From Sedimentisphaerales bacterium (GTDB lineage Bacteria > Planctomycetota > Phycisphaerae > Sedimentisphaerales > SM23-30): 64,000 nt of DNA. Where the stretch lies: assembly GCA_963663805.2 (NCBI GenBank), contig CAXXMR010000003.1, positions 160,001 to 224,000 of the forward strand. Direction: 5' to 3'. A model generated the notes under the pieces. That model did no database searches. It was given only the letters and a program-made list of their open reading frames with translations, and was not told the DNA's origin. The position numbers were made by a program, and so were the translations under genes. Shown piece after piece: positions 60,686 through 64,000 of this stretch (position 1 is its first letter; the number at the start of each line of letters is the position of its first letter).

Positions 60686-61471
60686 ATGAAAAAACATATA
60701 TTTTTTTTCTTAATACTTACTTTGTCATTACTGAATGTTCAGGTTTATGGCGAATGTTCACTTGATCACTTTATCATTGGCATAAACGAGGACAGTATTT
60801 CCGGTACTGATGATGACAATAAACTGTTCGTTGACTGTTGGCAAAAATATCGCCGTAGTGGTACGCCTTCATATGTTAACTGGTATTACCCTCTCTCCGA
60901 AAGTATCTTTTCCGGTTATAAATGGCGAATTGGTGAACCTGGATTTGATGGTTTCCAGGGAAGCAATCCTAATGGCGGCTACACTTATGACCCCAACCGA
61001 TGTCTTGTCGGAACACCCGATCAGGATTACAGGATAATGATTGAATGTATTTCAATTTCTTCTGGTTTAAAGGCGGTCCATAAAGATATTCCCCAATTTA
61101 CGATTGACCAGGCTGGCCAGTCTTTTAATCTCAGCAGTATTCATGGCGGTGATCCTCATATGCATTTTTCTTATCGAGCGGTTGATGGAACCAGTTTATT
61201 TTGGATTACATGGCAAATGTATGATGCCCTGGGCCAATATGAACCTTCAGAGCCTTTCACTATAGTATTTAACACTGAACCATTGGCGGGCGATTTGGTC
61301 GTGGATGGCACGGTAGATATTAACGACCTGACCGCACTTAGTTACTATTGGCTCAGAGATGAAGGCTCGATCAGCAATGATTATTATGAACGAGCCGACT
61401 CAAACCGGGATGGAAAGGTAAACTTGCTGGATTTTGCCATACTCGCTTCAAACTGGCTTGAAACACTTTGA
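60686..61471 (+). CDS. Secreted His-motif protein, paralogue of the 59098 passenger, with dockerin-like pair
   Basis: CSLDHFIIGIN..DDNKL, HGGDPHMHFSY, YDALGQY.PSE.F...F; GDLVVDGTVD..YWL / DSNRDGKVNLLDF..NWL; start MKKHIFF. Confidence 0.8.
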   Translation: MKKHIFFFLILTLSLLNVQVYGECSLDHFIIGINEDSISGTDDDNKLFVDCWQKYRRSGTPSYVNWYYPLSESIFSGYKWRIGEPGFDGFQGSNPNGGYTYDPNRCLVGTPDQDYRIMIECISISSGLKAVHKDIPQFTIDQAGQSFNLSSIHGGDPHMHFSYRAVDGTSLFWITWQMYDALGQYEPSEPFTIVFNTEPLAGDLVVDGTVDINDLTALSYYWLRDEGSISNDYYERADSNRDGKVNLLDFAILASNWLETL

Positions 61472-61798
61472 AGTGACCCAATTGATTTATCAATACATAA
61501 TATTTTGACTCTTAAGCCGATATTACTACCTGGACAGTTTGTACTGTATCCCGGAACCCGCTTGTGACCTAAATATTAGTATCCCAAAACAATATTACTA
61601 TTCAAATATATTTTCACACTTTTCCGTTTTTTGGCGAATATTCTTTAGGCTTCAGTAGCTGCTCAACCGGAAAAAATTGAAAATATCTGCGTCTCGAATA
61701 CTTCTTTGAGCGAAACTGCAATAAACAATCCTGGAAAAAAAGTCTAACTCATGGAAATAAACATTATTACCGGGATCAGAAAGCCCCAGTTTATATTA

Positions 61799-63632
61799 GA
61801 GCCTGTCCATTGTTTGCAACTATTTGCGGGACAAGGGATTGAGTTTGATTTTATTTGATTAGAGGTGGCGGTTTTTGCTCAAAACGATAAAATAGGTGTG
61901 TTATAATTATTTCATCACAAGTAATTATTACCCAGAAAGGGAACACACCTATGGCAAACATCTTACCCATCCAAGGCCGATTTGACAAAGATATTCCTGA
62001 TGATTTTGGCAACGCTGAATATCGTCAGGAGCGTGAGTTACTCATCGCGATCGACGAGATTATCGTTGCCGGCTGTTTGGCGAATCCGTTGATCGAATAT
62101 TTTCTTGATGTAGCTTATGCCAACAAATACATCAAAGTTTTCGGCACCGATAAATCACCAAAGCTAACCAGCAACGAACGTGCCAACGTTCATGCCAATG
62201 CTGTGCTGGCTTTACGTATGGCAATTCTTCGCAAGCGGCTGGGTTCCTCATTGCGTAAATTCTCATTGGAATTATCGCACAGTGATCTTTACAAATGGTT
62301 TTGCGGTATAAATCGTTTTTCTCTGCCTAAGGTTCCCGGTAAAAGTCATATTGGCGAATTGGAAAATGCTATTCCGCCGGAATTGGCAGAGGAAGTCGAA
62401 AGGCTTTTGTTTCAGTTTGTCCAGGATAAAGAATCAGAAATACTTTATGAGCCGCTGGCTTTTAGCCAATGTTATTTTGACTGCACTTGTATTTCCGTTA
62501 ACATTCATCATCCGGTCGATTGGGTTTTGCTCAAGGATGCCACTATCACGCTCATGAAAGCTACCGCTCGAATTCGTGAAATTGGTTTGCTTCATCGCAT
62601 GGCCAATGAACCAGCCGTTTTCATTACAAAGATGAATAAACTTTCGATGGAAATGACTTTCGCAAAACGTAAGAAAGGGGCTAAAAGGGATCGAAAGCGT
62701 ATTTTTCGAAAAATGAAGAAGTTGGTCAAACGCGTTTGTAATCATGCTAAGAGTCACTTAGAATTACTGGAAGCAAAGTGGGATACAACGAAATTGTCTC
62801 GTTCGCAAACCGAACAAATTATCAAACAGATCACCAATGTGACCGGCAAACTCAATACTGCCATCCAGAATGCTCACGAACGTATCATCGGCGAACGTCA
62901 GGTAGACAATCGGGATAAGATTTTAAGTTTGTATGAAGATGATGTCAATGTGATTGTCCGTCGAAAAGCCGGGGCCAATGTTGAGTTTGGCAATACGCTT
63001 TATTTGGCCGAACAGTCTGATGGGATAATTATCGATTGGGAATTTATTCGCGACCAGGCTCCCGCTGACAGTAAGCTGCTGAAGGAAAGTCACAAGCGGA
63101 TTGAAGATCGCCTGGATGTGAAAGTGAAACTAATGGCCGGTGATCGCGGCTTTGACAGTAAAGACAATCGGCAAATTCTCGAAAGCAATGATATTTTTAA
63201 TGCCGTTTGTCCGCGTGACCCCCATGCGCTGACTGAGCGTTTGAAGGAAAATAAATTCCGGGAAGCTCAGACTCGCCGAAGTCAAACCGAAGCGCGAATC
63301 GCAATTTTGAGTAATTGTTTTTGCGGCTCGCCGATGAAACAAAAGGGTTTTGATAATCGCCATATTCACATGGGCCTGAGCATTTTGTCACACAACCTCT
63401 GGGTGCTGGCAAGATTGAAGATCGCCCAGGGAAAAGCCCAAGAAAAAGCTGCTTAGCAACCCATTTAATCCCGTAAAATGCCTTTTGACGGGAAATGTAC
63501 GCGCCAAAATCGACAGTATGGGCCAGCTTGACCAACAAAAACAAAGAAACCCCCAAAAAAAACAAAATCAGCCCCCCAGCCAACCACGCAAAATCATCCA
63601 CCCAACAAAAAAAACGACTTCCGGACAGCCTC
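61799..63632 (+). mobile_element. ISNCY/IS5-like insertion sequence
   Basis: Ends gagcctgtcc / ggacagcctc (9/10 IR); 7-bp direct repeat TATATTA at 61792-61798 and 63633-63639. Confidence 0.8.
61951..63456 (+). CDS. DDE transposase (ISNCY/IS5-like)
   Basis: YFDCT...NIHHP.D, DKILSLYE....IVR.KAG..VEFG, GDRGF, RR..TEARI. Confidence 0.88.
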   Translation: MANILPIQGRFDKDIPDDFGNAEYRQERELLIAIDEIIVAGCLANPLIEYFLDVAYANKYIKVFGTDKSPKLTSNERANVHANAVLALRMAILRKRLGSSLRKFSLELSHSDLYKWFCGINRFSLPKVPGKSHIGELENAIPPELAEEVERLLFQFVQDKESEILYEPLAFSQCYFDCTCISVNIHHPVDWVLLKDATITLMKATARIREIGLLHRMANEPAVFITKMNKLSMEMTFAKRKKGAKRDRKRIFRKMKKLVKRVCNHAKSHLELLEAKWDTTKLSRSQTEQIIKQITNVTGKLNTAIQNAHERIIGERQVDNRDKILSLYEDDVNVIVRRKAGANVEFGNTLYLAEQSDGIIIDWEFIRDQAPADSKLLKESHKRIEDRLDVKVKLMAGDRGFDSKDNRQILESNDIFNAVCPRDPHALTERLKENKFREAQTRRSQTEARIAILSNCFCGSPMKQKGFDNRHIHMGLSILSHNLWVLARLKIAQGKAQEKAA

Positions 63633-64000
63633 TATATTAGGCGGCCTGGTAAGGAGCATGGCAATAGCAATATTGTTTTTCGTATCATGTCAGCATTATG
63701 GCTCAGATAAAATACTGGGCAATACTTACTTGCAAATGATCAGAAAAACCGTCATTTTGCCATAATCAGCGGTAAATGACTTTGGGAACGTCGCTAAAAA
63801 CCCGTCTTTCGGAGTCACCAACAAAGTCAATGTCAATACCGGATTGAACAGGTTTAGTTTTACACTTTGAAAAGGAAGCCATGATTTCTTCTATGCTCTG
63901 GGCAATTATTCCAAATCGTCCAGGAATATATTTCCGATAATGATTCTTCATAATGTTTTTTCGCGTTTGGAATTGCAAATGTCCTGTATATTTGTCAGTT

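Noticed and set aside
101..63710. Numerous short antisense/overlapping ORFs in the six-frame track (e.g. 101-619, 25262-25882, 34904-35626, 39754-40491)
   Set aside because: They are shadows of well-supported genes on the opposite strand or frame, with no recognisable motifs
63766..63978. 70-aa minus-strand ORF at the window end
   Set aside because: No recognisable family and context is truncated by the window edge

Overview
This 64 kb accessory-rich window probably comes from a planctomycete of the Phycisphaerae/Sedimentisphaerales type. That is inferred from the prepilin/DUF1559 (H-X9-DG) proteins, six PEP-CTERM proteins and several '...NWL'-ending dockerin/EF-hand-like tails. Layout: (1) 1-8.7 kb is a defence island (3' end of type I hsdR, a GIY-YIG/RAMA gene, a 1419 aa NACHT/STAND protein with a C-terminal PD-(D/E)xK-like nuclease) next to a DUF2924/large serine recombinase module. 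(2) An IS5 element carries a nested IS4, followed by a mosaic secreted protein, higBA and an rve integrase. (3) 18-38 kb is a LacI-controlled glycan locus (GH20, Asp-box propeller, GH123-like, two paralogous beta-helix proteins, SSS symporter). (4) 39-57.7 kb is a cobalamin-riboswitch operon with many surface proteins plus cobT-cobS-cobC-btuF(IS66-split)-cobO-DUF1638/hydantoinase-cobQ(frameshifted). (5) 58-61.5 kb is a Zur-like metal locus with a DUF2946/RAPP-type leader ORF. (6) An ISNCY/IS5-like element lies near the end. Main observation: three differently regulated nutrient loci (sugar, B12, metal) share one cassette, namely a DUF1559 pilin-like gene plus the same passenger domain encoded twice (once PEP-CTERM-anchored, once dockerin-tailed), and none has a TonB-dependent receptor. 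This suggests a modular pilin/PEP-CTERM nutrient-capture system. All family calls come from motif recognition by eye; no database searches were run.
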